Positions 37,412 to 47,548 of a stretch of DNA of 64,000 nt are shown here, one piece after another. Source of the stretch: Spirochaetia bacterium (GTDB lineage: Bacteria > Spirochaetota > Spirochaetia > CADAEX01). The stretch is taken from contig JAFXTY010000060.1 in the NCBI GenBank assembly GCA_017535435.1, positions 654-64,653 of the forward strand, in the 5' to 3' direction. The position numbers and the translations under genes are program-made. A model generated the notes under the pieces. That model ran no database searches. It was not told the origin of the DNA and worked only from the letters and a program-made list of their open reading frames with translations. Every line of letters begins with the position of its first letter. Position 1 is the stretch's first letter.

Positions 37412-37729
37412 ATGAATTTCAATCCCATGGATATATTGAAAAATGCCTCTGGCATCCAGGCCAAGATGGAAGAGATGAAGAAATCGATGGAATCCCTTTC
37501 TGTCAGCGGCTATGGCGGAGGCGATATGGTGCGGGTGGACATGAACGGCAAGATGGAGATCACCGATGTCAAGATATCTCCCGATGCTATAGATGCTTCC
37601 GACCCCTCTATGACAGAGCAGCTGGTGAAGGCTGCCTGCACCGATGCATATATAAAGATGAAGCAGAAGATAAATGAGGAATTCTCGTCCCGGATGGGCG
37701 GGCTCCCTCCTGGATTCGCAGGTATCTGA
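37412..37729 (+). CDS. ybaB: nucleoid-associated protein YbaB/EbfC
   Basis: 105 aa; conserved position between dnaX and recR; helical YbaB-like sequence. Confidence 0.85.
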   Translation: MNFNPMDILKNASGIQAKMEEMKKSMESLSVSGYGGGDMVRVDMNGKMEITDVKISPDAIDASDPSMTEQLVKAACTDAYIKMKQKINEEFSSRMGGLPPGFAGI

Positions 37730-38334
37730 TGAAGACTCAAGAGACCATCATTGATGTTCTTATAAAGAATTTCTCCTCTCTGCCCGGCATCGGGCGCAAA
37801 AGTGCGGCCCGGATTGTATATCATCTTCTCCGGCAGGATTCTCTTTTCACCGACAACCTGGCCGGCAACATAAAAAAGCTTAAAGAGACTATCAAGCCCT
37901 GTCCTGTATGCGGCTGCTATACCGATGCCCACGAATGTAGCATATGCTCTGACGCCACCCGGAACAAGAAGCTTCTGTGTGTTGTGGAGAATCCTCAGGA
38001 TATAGATATCATTGAATCCACCGGGGCTTTTGACGGCTACTATCATGTCATCATGGGGCTGCTCTCTCCGATTGAAGGTATCGGCCCCGAGAAGCTGAAT
38101 GTCTATCCCCTTATAAACCGGATTGAGAAAGGGGAGGTGGAGGAGCTTATCTTTGCCCTTAACCCATCGGTGGAGGGGGAGACCACTGCCCTATATATCC
38201 AGAAGATGCTTGAGAACAGGGGCATCCATATAAAGGTTACCCGCCTTGCCTCCGGCCTTCCTGTGGGGGGAGACCTTGAGTATGTGGACAGGATGACCCT
38301 GACCCGTTCTCTCCTTGGGCGTACCTCCATCTGA
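37729..38334 (+). CDS. recR: recombination protein RecR
   Basis: 201 aa; HhH N-term, C4 zinc finger CPVCGCYTDAHECSIC, Toprim domain; overlaps ybaB stop. Confidence 0.92.
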   Translation: MKTQETIIDVLIKNFSSLPGIGRKSAARIVYHLLRQDSLFTDNLAGNIKKLKETIKPCPVCGCYTDAHECSICSDATRNKKLLCVVENPQDIDIIESTGAFDGYYHVIMGLLSPIEGIGPEKLNVYPLINRIEKGEVEELIFALNPSVEGETTALYIQKMLENRGIHIKVTRLASGLPVGGDLEYVDRMTLTRSLLGRTSI

Positions 38335-38339
38335 TTATT

Positions 38340-39533
38340 ATGCTGACAAAAATCACCCCGGAAACAAAGAAATTTGTCATAGTCATGATCATAGTGGGGC
38401 TGGGAATGGCCGGGGATGCCATGATCTACTGCCTGCTGCCAGTCACTCCTGAAAGCTTTCATATAACAGTATTCCAGATTGGAATCCTGCTGTCGGTGAA
38501 CCGGTTTGTCCGGCTTATAACAAACGAGATCTCAACCTCGGTGGTGACCCGGCTCAATTCGGACAAGCCACTTGTAATAGCAGTATGCCTTTCTACCTTC
38601 ATTACATTGGGATATGCAATCCCCTGGGGCTTCTGGTGGCTCCTGTTCCTCCGCATACTGTGGGGAGGCTGCTTCTCGCTGCTCCGGATCGAGGGCTACA
38701 TAGCCGCCCTGCGCTATTCAAACCGGGAGTCCTTAGGCCGTTATATGGCATGGCACGAGACCATAAAAGGACAGATTTACGGCATAATAACTATTATCTC
38801 CGGCGTTCTGGCCGACCTTATATCCCCCCGGGCGGTGCCTGTACTGCTGGCGGTCCTGACTGCGGCATGCCTGCTGTTCTTCAAGGGGGGCAGGGCGAAC
38901 CTTATGGGTGTGGACGGAGCAGCGGTGGATACAGCACCCCGGGCAGGGCATGGCAAGGTAAGCAACCCAAAGGTGCTTGTTATACTGGGGCTTGTAATTC
39001 TGGTTTCCGCCACCTTTGCCACTATGATGGTGGCTCTGCGGGGCCGTGCTATTGTGGACTATATCCTGCCCGGGGCCGCCATAGCGGTGGGTGCCGCCAC
39101 CTTCGCCGCCCTGTTCCAGGTGGCAGGGCAGATTGTCTCCCTGAGCGGCCCTGTGATAGGGTATATCTGCGACAAGATTGGGCGAAGGAAAGCCTTCTCC
39201 ATAGTGTTCATGATCCAGCTGACCATAATCCTGACCCTTGCTCTCTTCAAGCTGTGGTACATAATCCTGGCCATGTTCGTGGTGCAGCTTTTCTCCGGTT
39301 CCGCATCCCAGATCCTGCGCACCTCCATCGCCGGGGAGTATGCCAACCCTTCGGAGCAGGCTGTGTTCATGAACCGCATTGCCACATTTCAGGATATGGG
39401 AAGCGCCACAGGGCCGTTCCTAGGTTATGCCCTGTACGCCGGAACAGGAAACTTCCAGCTTATCGCCCTTATTATGATTCCCTGTCTGCTGTTCTCTCTC
39501 TTTGCACTTAGAAAAATCGGCAAGGCAACTTGA
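38340..39533 (+). CDS. MFS transporter
   Basis: 397 aa, ~12 TM segments in two 6-helix halves. Confidence 0.75.
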   Translation: MLTKITPETKKFVIVMIIVGLGMAGDAMIYCLLPVTPESFHITVFQIGILLSVNRFVRLITNEISTSVVTRLNSDKPLVIAVCLSTFITLGYAIPWGFWWLLFLRILWGGCFSLLRIEGYIAALRYSNRESLGRYMAWHETIKGQIYGIITIISGVLADLISPRAVPVLLAVLTAACLLFFKGGRANLMGVDGAAVDTAPRAGHGKVSNPKVLVILGLVILVSATFATMMVALRGRAIVDYILPGAAIAVGAATFAALFQVAGQIVSLSGPVIGYICDKIGRRKAFSIVFMIQLTIILTLALFKLWYIILAMFVVQLFSGSASQILRTSIAGEYANPSEQAVFMNRIATFQDMGSATGPFLGYALYAGTGNFQLIALIMIPCLLFSLFALRKIGKAT

Positions 39534-39569
39534 CAACAAATATTGTAATAAATATACTTCTCTTATCTT

Positions 39570-39643
39570 GGGCCCTTAGCTCAGCTGGATAGAGCAACTG
39601 CCTTCTAAGCCGTAGGTCAGAAGTTCGAATCTTCTAGGGCCTA
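39570..39643 (+). tRNA. tRNA-Arg (anticodon TCT)
   Basis: Acceptor GGGCCCT/AGGGCCT (G1-U72), D-arm TAGCTCAGCTGGATAGAGC, anticodon loop CTTCTAA (TCT, U33, A37) with one stem mismatch, T-arm AGAAG-TTCGAAT-CTTCT, discriminator A. Confidence 0.7.
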
Positions 39644-39645
39644 AT

Positions 39646-39671
39646 GCCTCCCGAAAGGGAGGCTTTTTTTT
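39646..39671 (+). terminator. rho-independent terminator (GCCTCCC-GAAA-GGGAGGC + T8)
   Basis: Perfect 7-bp GC stem, GAAA tetraloop, eight T; directly after tRNA-Arg. Confidence 0.85.
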
Positions 39672-39673
39672 GC

Positions 39674-40429
39674 CTATTGCCCGGCAGCAGAGCCGGGATT
39701 GCATATCATCTTTACCGCCAGGTCGGCTATTGTAATCCCGAACACAGCGGTCACCGGGGGATAGCTGCCCAGTATGTTCCGTTCCCGGCCCCTGTGGAGC
39801 TGCTCGTCATCCGGGTCTATCTCCGGAGCCTTCAGAGCCTCGTTGTCCGGCAGCTCGGTGGAGTAGACGCACAGGATGCCGTCAGCTATCCCCCGGCGGC
39901 GCAAGTACTTGCGCAGGCTGCGGGCCAGGGGGCAGACCGTGGTCTTGAACAGGTCCCCGGTGCGGACAGCGGTGATGTCGGTCTTGAGGGCGGCCCCCAT
40001 GGAGGATATGGCCCGCAGTCCCCGCTGGTGGATAGTTTCCAGCAGTGCGGCCTTGGGACCCAGTGAATCTATGGCGTCGATGACTATGTCTGGTTTTTCG
40101 TCCAATATTGCATCCCGGTTGGTGTAGTCGGCAAACAGCTTGAGGGCTTTCACCTCGGCCTTGGGATTTATGTCCAGAATCCGGTTCCGCACCGCCTCCA
40201 CCTTGGGGATTCCTATGGTGGATTCGGCAGCGCAGACATGCCGGTTTATGTTGGTCTTGGCAATCTTGTCAAAATCCACCAGGGTGAAGTGTCCGACACC
40301 GCTCCGGGCCAGCATCTCGGCCGCCCAGGCCCCCACAGCTCCCAGTCCGAATATGGTTATATGGGCATTCTGGAGTTTCTGAAAAGCGTCTTCCCCTATC
40401 ACCTGTATGATTCTTGAAAATCGTTCCAT
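39674..40429 (-). CDS. tcdA: ThiF/MoeB-family E1-like protein, tRNA threonylcarbamoyladenosine dehydratase (TcdA/CsdL)-like
   Basis: 251 aa; nucleotide-binding GLGAVGAWAAEMLARSG; length and lack of C-terminal rhodanese/CxxC fit TcdA rather than MoeB/ThiF. Confidence 0.65.
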   Translation of the reverse strand: MERFSRIIQVIGEDAFQKLQNAHITIFGLGAVGAWAAEMLARSGVGHFTLVDFDKIAKTNINRHVCAAESTIGIPKVEAVRNRILDINPKAEVKALKLFADYTNRDAILDEKPDIVIDAIDSLGPKAALLETIHQRGLRAISSMGAALKTDITAVRTGDLFKTTVCPLARSLRKYLRRRGIADGILCVYSTELPDNEALKAPEIDPDDEQLHRGRERNILGSYPPVTAVFGITIADLAVKMICNPGSAAGQ

Positions 40430-40547
40430 ATATTTATTTTAACTATTACTAAAGTTATTATCAATATAAAAAATATATATAATATACCAACAAAAATCGG
40501 TTGACTTATAAGGTGAAATCGGGGAAAATATATGAACATATATCTAA

Positions 40548-41657
40548 ATGGAGGAAAATATGAAAAAAGCTTTACTTGTTCTTCTTGTTGTCCTCGTATG
40601 TGCATCTGTTGCATTTGCCGGCGGAAACAAAGAGAAGGCAGCTGAGGGAAACAAAGTTCTTAGAATGTTGACATGGACAGGATATGCTCCACAGTCACAG
40701 ATTGATGAGTTCTTCAGAATTTATGGTATCAAGGTTGAAGCTACACCATCAAGCAACGAGGAGATGATCTCCAAGCTGATTGCTACCGGCGGAAGCGGAT
40801 TCGACCTGGCACAGCCATCACAGGACAGAATTGTATCTGTTGTTAAGTCAAACGGCATCTATCAGCCAATCGACTATTCAAAGATCAACGAGGATCAGCT
40901 TGACCCAGCACTGGTTGCTTCCACAAAGAAGTTCACAGCTTATGAGGGCAAGATTTACGCAGTTCCACACGTATTCGGAACATCCGGACTCGTTGTAAAC
41001 AAGAAATATGTTAAGAAGAATCCAAAAGACCTGGACTACACAGACCTTCTGGACCCAGCATATGCAGGACACGTATCCTACAGATGCAAGAGACCTATCC
41101 TCTGCGCAATGGGATTTGCAATGGGATATGACGTATGGGATCTTTACAACAAGCCAGCAGAATACCAGAAGATGCTTGATGCAGTTGGAGCAAAACTGAT
41201 CGAAGGCAAGAAAGTTCTTAAGTATTACTGGGAAAACGGAGATCAGCTGCTGCAGGGTATGCAGTCTGGTGAGATCTGGATTGCAAAAGGTTGGGAGCAG
41301 GGAGCATGGAAGCTCTACAAAGAGAACCCAGACATCGACTACGTAGCACCAAAGAGCGGATCAATGGCATTCATCGATACATTTGCTATTCCTGCAAAGT
41401 CCGAGAATGTTGACGGCGCTTACAAGTGGATCAACTTCGTTCTCGAGCCAAAGAACGCTGCAGAGTTCACAAATGCAGAGGGTTATGGTACAGCATCAAA
41501 GGATGCAGTTAAGTACTATGAGCCAGAAGCTAAGGCTAACTTCGAGAGATGTTTCACACCAGAAGTTATGGCTAACATGAACTGGTATCCAACCGTTCCA
41601 GATGGCCTTGAGTCAATGGAAGGAAAGACTCTCGACAAGATGAGAGCTGCAAAATAA
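40548..41657 (+). CDS. ABC transporter substrate-binding protein, spermidine/putrescine (PotD/PotF)-like
   Basis: 369 aa; signal peptide; SBP family 1 polyamine-binding-like; first gene of potDABC-like operon. Confidence 0.75.
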   Translation: MEENMKKALLVLLVVLVCASVAFAGGNKEKAAEGNKVLRMLTWTGYAPQSQIDEFFRIYGIKVEATPSSNEEMISKLIATGGSGFDLAQPSQDRIVSVVKSNGIYQPIDYSKINEDQLDPALVASTKKFTAYEGKIYAVPHVFGTSGLVVNKKYVKKNPKDLDYTDLLDPAYAGHVSYRCKRPILCAMGFAMGYDVWDLYNKPAEYQKMLDAVGAKLIEGKKVLKYYWENGDQLLQGMQSGEIWIAKGWEQGAWKLYKENPDIDYVAPKSGSMAFIDTFAIPAKSENVDGAYKWINFVLEPKNAAEFTNAEGYGTASKDAVKYYEPEAKANFERCFTPEVMANMNWYPTVPDGLESMEGKTLDKMRAAK

Positions 41658-41670
41658 GTTTTAATCTTAG

Positions 41671-41704
41671 GCAAAGCTGGCTTTGTGCCGGCTTTGCTTT
41701 TTTT
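41671..41704 (+). terminator. terminator/attenuator hairpin after SBP gene (GCAAAGCTGGC…GCCGGCTTTGC + T-run)
   Basis: 11-bp stem with one mismatch followed by TTTTTTTTAT; located between SBP and ATPase genes, so likely partial (SBP over-expression) terminator. Confidence 0.65.
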
Positions 41705-41729
41705 ATCTTTTAATTAGTGCAGGTATAAC

Positions 41730-42839
41730 ATGGAAATTGCTCTTTCAGTAAAAAATGTAGTAAAGAAATATGGAGATTTTACTGCAGTGAATGATGTGTC
41801 CTTTGATGTGGAGGATGGAAAATTCTTCTCTATCCTGGGACCTTCCGGATGTGGAAAAACAACGTTGCTCAGAATGATTGCAGGCTTTTTTGAGCCTACC
41901 GCCGGTTCTATACAGATCCGCGGAAAAGATATGGCGAATGTACCACCTAACAAGCGGCCTGTAAACCTTGTTTTTCAGCATCTTGCACTTTTCCCTATGA
42001 TGGATGTCAAGGAGAATATAGCCTTTGGACTCCGCCGCCGCGGCGAGAAGACACCCGAGGTTATGAAAAAAGTGCATAACATTCTTGAGAGAGTAGGTCT
42101 TCCTGAGTATGCCGACAAGCGTATCGACCAGCTTTCCGGCGGCCAGAAGCAGCGTATCGCAATTGCCCGCTGTCTGGTGCTGGAGCCTGCTGTACTGCTT
42201 CTGGACGAGCCTCTGGGAGCTCTTGACCTCAAGCTGAGAGAGCACATGAAGGTGGAGCTCAAGAAGCTTCAGGCAGAGATCGGCACCACATTCGTCTACA
42301 TTACCCATGACCAGTCTGAGGCCATGGTCATGAGCGACCATGTGGCTGTAATGAACAACGGCCATTTCGAGCAGATTGACTCTCCAAGCAACCTGTACAA
42401 CAACCCGGCTTCTTCCTTTGTTGCTATGTTCGTAGGAAACAACAACAAGGTCACCGGCGTGCTGGCTAAGGACGATAGTGGCAAGTTCTTCGTTCAGGAC
42501 AAGAACCAGCTTAAGTATGCCATCAGCACTGTCAAGGACTGCAAGGAAGGGGATGTGGTAGGTATGTATACACGCCCCGAGGCAATCATCATCAACCCGG
42601 CAGAGGACAAGACCTTCTTCAACCGCACCGGTGTTCATGTGAAGGCTGTGCTGTTCGACGGCGGAAACTCAAGGCTTCTGGTTGTGACACCTACCGGACA
42701 GGAAGTTCTGGTTGCCCTGCCTCAGAACCATCAGTTCGACTATATCAAGAAAGGCGACAATATCGTAATCGGCTGGGATCCAGCTTCTTCTGTATGTTTC
42801 AAGGAAACAGGAGCGAAGATGTATGATGACGAAATCTAA
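41730..42839 (+). CDS. potA: polyamine ABC transporter ATP-binding protein (PotA-like)
   Basis: 369 aa; Walker [23 protein letters not shown], Walker B LLLDEPLGALD, C-terminal TOBE-like domain. Confidence 0.88.
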   Translation: MEIALSVKNVVKKYGDFTAVNDVSFDVEDGKFFSILGPSGCGKTTLLRMIAGFFEPTAGSIQIRGKDMANVPPNKRPVNLVFQHLALFPMMDVKENIAFGLRRRGEKTPEVMKKVHNILERVGLPEYADKRIDQLSGGQKQRIAIARCLVLEPAVLLLDEPLGALDLKLREHMKVELKKLQAEIGTTFVYITHDQSEAMVMSDHVAVMNNGHFEQIDSPSNLYNNPASSFVAMFVGNNNKVTGVLAKDDSGKFFVQDKNQLKYAISTVKDCKEGDVVGMYTRPEAIIINPAEDKTFFNRTGVHVKAVLFDGGNSRLLVVTPTGQEVLVALPQNHQFDYIKKGDNIVIGWDPASSVCFKETGAKMYDDEI

Positions 42840-43689
42840 AAAGCTCAGATGGAGCTTCTTTGTATTCTTTATCCCGGTATTCCTGTGGCTGCTGCTTCTT
42901 ATAGTGCTGCCCCACATAGAGCTGCTGAGAATGTCCTTCGCAAGACCTGCTTATCTTAAGCAGCCTGGTTTCACATTCTCCAACTACATAGAGTTCTTCA
43001 AGGAGCCTATCTACTGGAACACATTCTTCCGGACAGCTATGTATTCCATCACAGTCACAATGATTGTGCTGATCATAGGTCTTCCGGTTGCCTTCTATAT
43101 CACCAAGATTGCAAGCTTAAAGACAAGAGGCTTCCTGACAATCCTTATCCTTATTCCGTTCTGGGTAAGCGAGCTTATCAGAGTGTATGGATGGACAATC
43201 ATCCTCAGGGAGAGCGGTATCATAAACCACTTCATGACCAAGTATGGTATCTGGAAGCAGCCTATCGAGATGCTGTATAACGATGCTGCCATGATCATGG
43301 GTCTGGTCTATACTTCCATCCTGTTCATGGTCGTGCCTATAATCGGAGTAATGGACAGCCTGGACAACTCCCTTATCGAGGCAGCCTACGACCTGGGTGC
43401 CAAGAAGACAGTAATATGGCGTCAGATCATTATTCCTCACTGCATGCCTGGTATCATCTCCGGCTGCATCATCGTGTTCATGATGGTTCTTGGAAGCTAC
43501 CTGACACCGAACCTGATGGGAGGAAAGAACTCCATGTGGTTCACCGAGCAGATCTACAACCAGTTCATCCTTTACCGGAACTGGAATATGGGTTCAGCCT
43601 TCGGCTTCCTGCTGCTCTTTATGTCTTCCATCATTATCTGGGTAGCCCTGAAGCTTTCCGGCCAGAGCCTTAAGGAGGTGGTAAAATGA
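42823..43689 (+). CDS. potB: polyamine ABC transporter permease (PotB-like)
   Basis: 288 aa, 6 TM, EAA loop; 17-nt overlap with potA. Confidence 0.85.
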   Translation: MMTKSKKLRWSFFVFFIPVFLWLLLLIVLPHIELLRMSFARPAYLKQPGFTFSNYIEFFKEPIYWNTFFRTAMYSITVTMIVLIIGLPVAFYITKIASLKTRGFLTILILIPFWVSELIRVYGWTIILRESGIINHFMTKYGIWKQPIEMLYNDAAMIMGLVYTSILFMVVPIIGVMDSLDNSLIEAAYDLGAKKTVIWRQIIIPHCMPGIISGCIIVFMMVLGSYLTPNLMGGKNSMWFTEQIYNQFILYRNWNMGSAFGFLLLFMSSIIIWVALKLSGQSLKEVVK

Positions 43690-44543
43690 TCAGGTCACTT
43701 CCTAACTCCAAGCTTTATACATTTAGCTTTACAGCGTTTATAGTGCTTTATTTCTTTTTCCTTTTTGCACCTCTTCTGATCACCTGTATCCTGGCTTTCA
43801 ACAACTCCATGATTCCGACCCTTCCTTGGAAGGGCTTCACACTGGACTGGTTCTTCGGTACAGGCAAGAAGACAGGTTTCTTCCACGATCCTATAAACCT
43901 GCGGGCATTCGGTGTATCTTTCCGGCTGGCAATTGCAGTTTCCCTTATGTCAACAGCTATGGGAACCTGTGCGGCATTCCTCTTCGAGCAGGAGAACTTC
44001 CCCCTCAAGAATGTCATGTACCTGCTGATGATTGCACCTATCGTAATCCCTGGTGTAATCCTGGGTATCTCGATCCTCTCCTTCACCACTACAGTGGCTG
44101 ATTTCTTCAAGAACAACTTCGGAATCAGACTGGACTTCATAAGACCAAGCTTCTGGCTGGTGGCCTTCGGACAGTTCTCCTTCATATCCACCTATGTGTG
44201 TATGGTAGTTTCTGCCCGGCTTAAGAAATTCGACAGGACTCTGGAGGATGCAGCCTACAACTTGGGTGCAAACCGTTTCCAGGTGATCTGGTACATCACC
44301 CTTAAGTATCTGCGGCCTTCCATTATCGGAGGACTTGCACTTTCTTTCCTGCTTTCCTTTGAGAACTTCAACACCACAATGTTCCTGGTAGGAGCAGAGT
44401 TCCCGTTGCCGATCGCACTGTTCAACCGCGTGCGGGATGGATCAACACCAGTTATCAACGCAATATCGTTCCTGCTGATCTTTGCTACATCTGTCTGCGC
44501 AATGGTTAACCTGATTCTCTCAAGGAAGAAGAAAGAAGACTGA
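43686..44543 (+). CDS. potC: polyamine ABC transporter permease (PotC-like)
   Basis: 285 aa, 6 TM; ATGA overlap with potB. Confidence 0.85.
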   Translation: MIRSLPNSKLYTFSFTAFIVLYFFFLFAPLLITCILAFNNSMIPTLPWKGFTLDWFFGTGKKTGFFHDPINLRAFGVSFRLAIAVSLMSTAMGTCAAFLFEQENFPLKNVMYLLMIAPIVIPGVILGISILSFTTTVADFFKNNFGIRLDFIRPSFWLVAFGQFSFISTYVCMVVSARLKKFDRTLEDAAYNLGANRFQVIWYITLKYLRPSIIGGLALSFLLSFENFNTTMFLVGAEFPLPIALFNRVRDGSTPVINAISFLLIFATSVCAMVNLILSRKKKED

Positions 44544-44559
44544 AGAGGAAGCAAAAGAG

Positions 44560-45789
44560 ATGAGCTCAACACTTGAAACATACTTTGCAGATGTGGACAA
44601 GGCAATAGTCCGCATGAAGAGCTATCCCTCGAAGGAGATAGTCCTGCTGCATCATAACGACACCGACGGTCTTACATCGGGCTCTGTTTTATACAAGGCA
44701 TTCTGTGACGAAGGTTACAAAGTGCAGCGTTTCTCCCTGGAAAAGCCTTATCCTAAGGTGCTGGAGAAGCTGTTTGCAGAAAACTCCGGAAAGCTGATTG
44801 TGTTTGCAGACTTCGCGGGGAAGATCGCACCTCTTATCTGCAAGCTGAACGGCGACCGGAACTTGGTGATCCTTCTGGACCACCACAAGGCGGAGAAGTC
44901 TGTATCCGATTCTGTCATCAATCTTGACCCGGATCTCTACGGCCTTAAGGGGGACCGGGATATATCGGCATCGGTGACCTGCTGGTACTTTGCATGCCAC
45001 CTGAATCCGGCCAACAAGAAGATGGCCCACATTGCTGCCCTTGGCGGTATCGCCGATTTCTTCTACCTGGACTGGCAGGTTCACGGCGAGAACTGGAAGT
45101 GCGTGGAGGAGGCTGTTAAGCAGGGAACCATGCGCATCGAGAAGAAGGATGGCAAGGATGTCTTCTACATCACACTCCCGGACAGAGAGTTTGAGATAAT
45201 CGAGCTTTACACTCTGATGGATATCATCGGCGGGGTAGGCTTCTACGGCGGCGGTCCTGAGCTGGGAATAAAGATGCTGCTCCATGGCACAGATGCGGCA
45301 GACCAGAAGACTATAGAGAAGTTCTGCAGCATGAAGAAGGAGAAGTTCGACCAGGAATTTGACCGGATAAGGAAAGGGGAGTTCCAGGAGACAGAGCACA
45401 TTGTGTGGTTCGACGTGAAGGACCGGTTCAAGCCTATGGGTGTTAAGATGATCGGCCTTCTCTGCGAGGCTCTTACCGACAGCGGTCTGGTTCCGGTGGA
45501 CAAGTATCTGGCCGGTTATCAGCAGATTCCGGACGAGGTTCCTGGATTCGGCGAGGTGGATATGGGAGAGACCAAGGTTTCCATGAGGACATCATTGCCT
45601 CTTACCGACCGGGTGCTTAAAGCAGAACTTCCGGGCCTCAATGAGTTCCTGCCTGAGGCAACACTGAACCTGGGCGGCTTTGCAGATGCATGCCATAGAG
45701 TGGCGGCTGCAACCACAATTAAAATTGGAAAGGAATCACAGCTTATGGATGAATGCGAGAACGTTCTGAAAAAGCTTATGAATAAATAA
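44560..45789 (+). CDS. DHH-family phosphoesterase (NrnA/RecJ-like)
   Basis: 409 aa; HHNDTDGLTSGSVLY (motif I/II) and LLDHHK (DHH motif); C-terminal DHHA1-like region. Confidence 0.75.
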   Translation: MSSTLETYFADVDKAIVRMKSYPSKEIVLLHHNDTDGLTSGSVLYKAFCDEGYKVQRFSLEKPYPKVLEKLFAENSGKLIVFADFAGKIAPLICKLNGDRNLVILLDHHKAEKSVSDSVINLDPDLYGLKGDRDISASVTCWYFACHLNPANKKMAHIAALGGIADFFYLDWQVHGENWKCVEEAVKQGTMRIEKKDGKDVFYITLPDREFEIIELYTLMDIIGGVGFYGGGPELGIKMLLHGTDAADQKTIEKFCSMKKEKFDQEFDRIRKGEFQETEHIVWFDVKDRFKPMGVKMIGLLCEALTDSGLVPVDKYLAGYQQIPDEVPGFGEVDMGETKVSMRTSLPLTDRVLKAELPGLNEFLPEATLNLGGFADACHRVAAATTIKIGKESQLMDECENVLKKLMNK

Positions 45790-45813
45790 AACGTTAGTAA
45801 ACGGAGGATAAAA

Positions 45814-46785
45814 ATGGGTATTGGATATGCATATGGAAAAAACATTCTGATCGGCGACCAGTTTGTACTTAACGGCGTACCAGCAATTGTTTCAGCTCTT
45901 CCTTTCAGGACAGAGACAAAAGTAGAGCGTCTGCCTGCGGGATCAGACCTTATCATCGAGGACCACAGAACCGAGGTTCCAGGATATATTCAGAAAAAGG
46001 CAGCTAAATGCCGTCTTTCATATGAAAGAATGATTGAGAAGATGGGTCTCGACATCAAGAAGAACCCGATGAAGATCACAGTAGGCGGCGACCTTCTGGC
46101 AGGAAGCGGTGTAGGAGCCAGCGCAGCAATAAGCGTATCCTTCGGCCGTGCATGCAACGACGAGTTCAAGCTTGGTCTGGACCTGGTGGAGCAGAACTGG
46201 GTAGGATTCCAGGGCGAGTTCCCATATCACGGAGAGCCGAGCGGTGTTGACAACACAGCATCTTCCTTCGGCGGAATCATGATGTATCAGATCCGGGACG
46301 GCAAGAAGATGTACGAGCGGATCAAACCGCCGAAGCCACTCTATGTAGTACTGGCAAACAGTGGCGTGACCTACGACACAGCTCTGATGGATGCCGAGAT
46401 TGAGGCCCTTATCAAGAAAGATGCCGGCTTCTTCTATAAGAGACTTAACAAGACAGCAGAACAGGTATATGCCCTCAAGGCAGCCCTGACAGCTGGCGAC
46501 TACGACGCAGTAGGCGAGATCATGACAGCAAACCATCAGCTTCTTATCGAGCTTAACATGAGCCATCCACGGCTTATCGAGCTCTGCGAGCGCTCCATCA
46601 AGATGGGTGCTTACGGCGCAAAGCTCACCGGCGGCGGAAGAGGCGGCTACATGGTTGCTCTGGTCAAGGACCTGGATATGCAGGCTAAGATCGCAGGCAC
46701 CTTCGAGAAGGAAGGAGTTCCTGTCATCACTGCAGAACTTGGTCTTAACCCAGTTGACGATGTTGACTTTAGAATATTAAAATAA
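45814..46785 (+). CDS. GHMP-family kinase, mevalonate kinase-like
   Basis: 323 aa; N-term GKNILIGDQFVLNGVPAI (MVK-like), ATP motif GGDLLAGSGVGASAAISV, C-terminal KLTGGGRGGYMVAL. Confidence 0.6.
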   Translation: MGIGYAYGKNILIGDQFVLNGVPAIVSALPFRTETKVERLPAGSDLIIEDHRTEVPGYIQKKAAKCRLSYERMIEKMGLDIKKNPMKITVGGDLLAGSGVGASAAISVSFGRACNDEFKLGLDLVEQNWVGFQGEFPYHGEPSGVDNTASSFGGIMMYQIRDGKKMYERIKPPKPLYVVLANSGVTYDTALMDAEIEALIKKDAGFFYKRLNKTAEQVYALKAALTAGDYDAVGEIMTANHQLLIELNMSHPRLIELCERSIKMGAYGAKLTGGGRGGYMVALVKDLDMQAKIAGTFEKEGVPVITAELGLNPVDDVDFRILK

Positions 46786-46789
46786 ACGC

Positions 46790-47533
46790 ATGAAAATTTT
46801 ATTATCAGGCTACGGCCAGATGGGAAAGGAAATCGAGAAGATTCTCCTTTCCCGTGGTCATATTGTGTCTGCCATTGTAGACCCGATGGTTGAGACCGCT
46901 CACAAGGAGATATCAGCTGCTGTACTGGCTGATGCAGATGTAGTAATCGACTTCTCATCACCAGCAGCTGTGCTTAAAAACTGCACCGCCTACGCGCAGG
47001 GTTCCACACCTGTTGTTCTTGGAACTACCGGCTGGGGTGACAAGTATGACCAGATCAAGGCTATGATCGAGAAAGCAGGCATCGGCTTTGTATGGGGATC
47101 CAACTTCTCCATCGGCGCCCATATGCTGTTCAAGCTGGCAAGCTATGCCGCATTACTGGCAAACGCAGTGCCGGACTATGACATCATGGTTCACGAGATG
47201 CATCATAAGCTTAAGAAGGATTCACCCTCCGGCACCGCCATCACACTGGCAGAGAAGATTCTTGCCAACTGTGACCGGAAGACCAAGATCGTGACACAGT
47301 GCCTGGACCGGCGGATCGAGCCGGAAGAGCTTCACGTGTCATCCACAAGAGGTGGCAGCATTCCTGGAATCCATACTATGTATATGGATTCACCTGCCGA
47401 CACCATCGAGATAACCCATAATGCACGGAGCCGGGGAGGCTTTGCACTGGGTGCAGTCATGGCAGCAGAGTGGATCAAGGGCAAGAAAGGCTTCTACAGT
47501 GTAGAGGACTTTATAAAGGAAATTTTACCGTAA
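46790..47533 (+). CDS. dapB: 4-hydroxy-tetrahydrodipicolinate reductase
   Basis: 247 aa; N-terminal Rossmann MKILLSGYGQMGKEI, DapB C-terminal domain (…EMHHKLKKDSPSGTA…). Confidence 0.85.
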   Translation: MKILLSGYGQMGKEIEKILLSRGHIVSAIVDPMVETAHKEISAAVLADADVVIDFSSPAAVLKNCTAYAQGSTPVVLGTTGWGDKYDQIKAMIEKAGIGFVWGSNFSIGAHMLFKLASYAALLANAVPDYDIMVHEMHHKLKKDSPSGTAITLAEKILANCDRKTKIVTQCLDRRIEPEELHVSSTRGGSIPGIHTMYMDSPADTIEITHNARSRGGFALGAVMAAEWIKGKKGFYSVEDFIKEILP

Positions 47534-47548
47534 TATAGGAGAAAATAA

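Noticed and set aside
38585-39511. 308-aa alternative-frame ORF (Pro/Arg/Gly-rich) overlapping the MFS gene
   Set aside because: It is a same-strand +1 frame shadow. The MFS frame gives a convincing 12-TM protein.
41745-42638. 297-aa minus-strand ORF inside potA
   Set aside because: It is antisense to the ABC ATPase gene, which has complete Walker/signature motifs.
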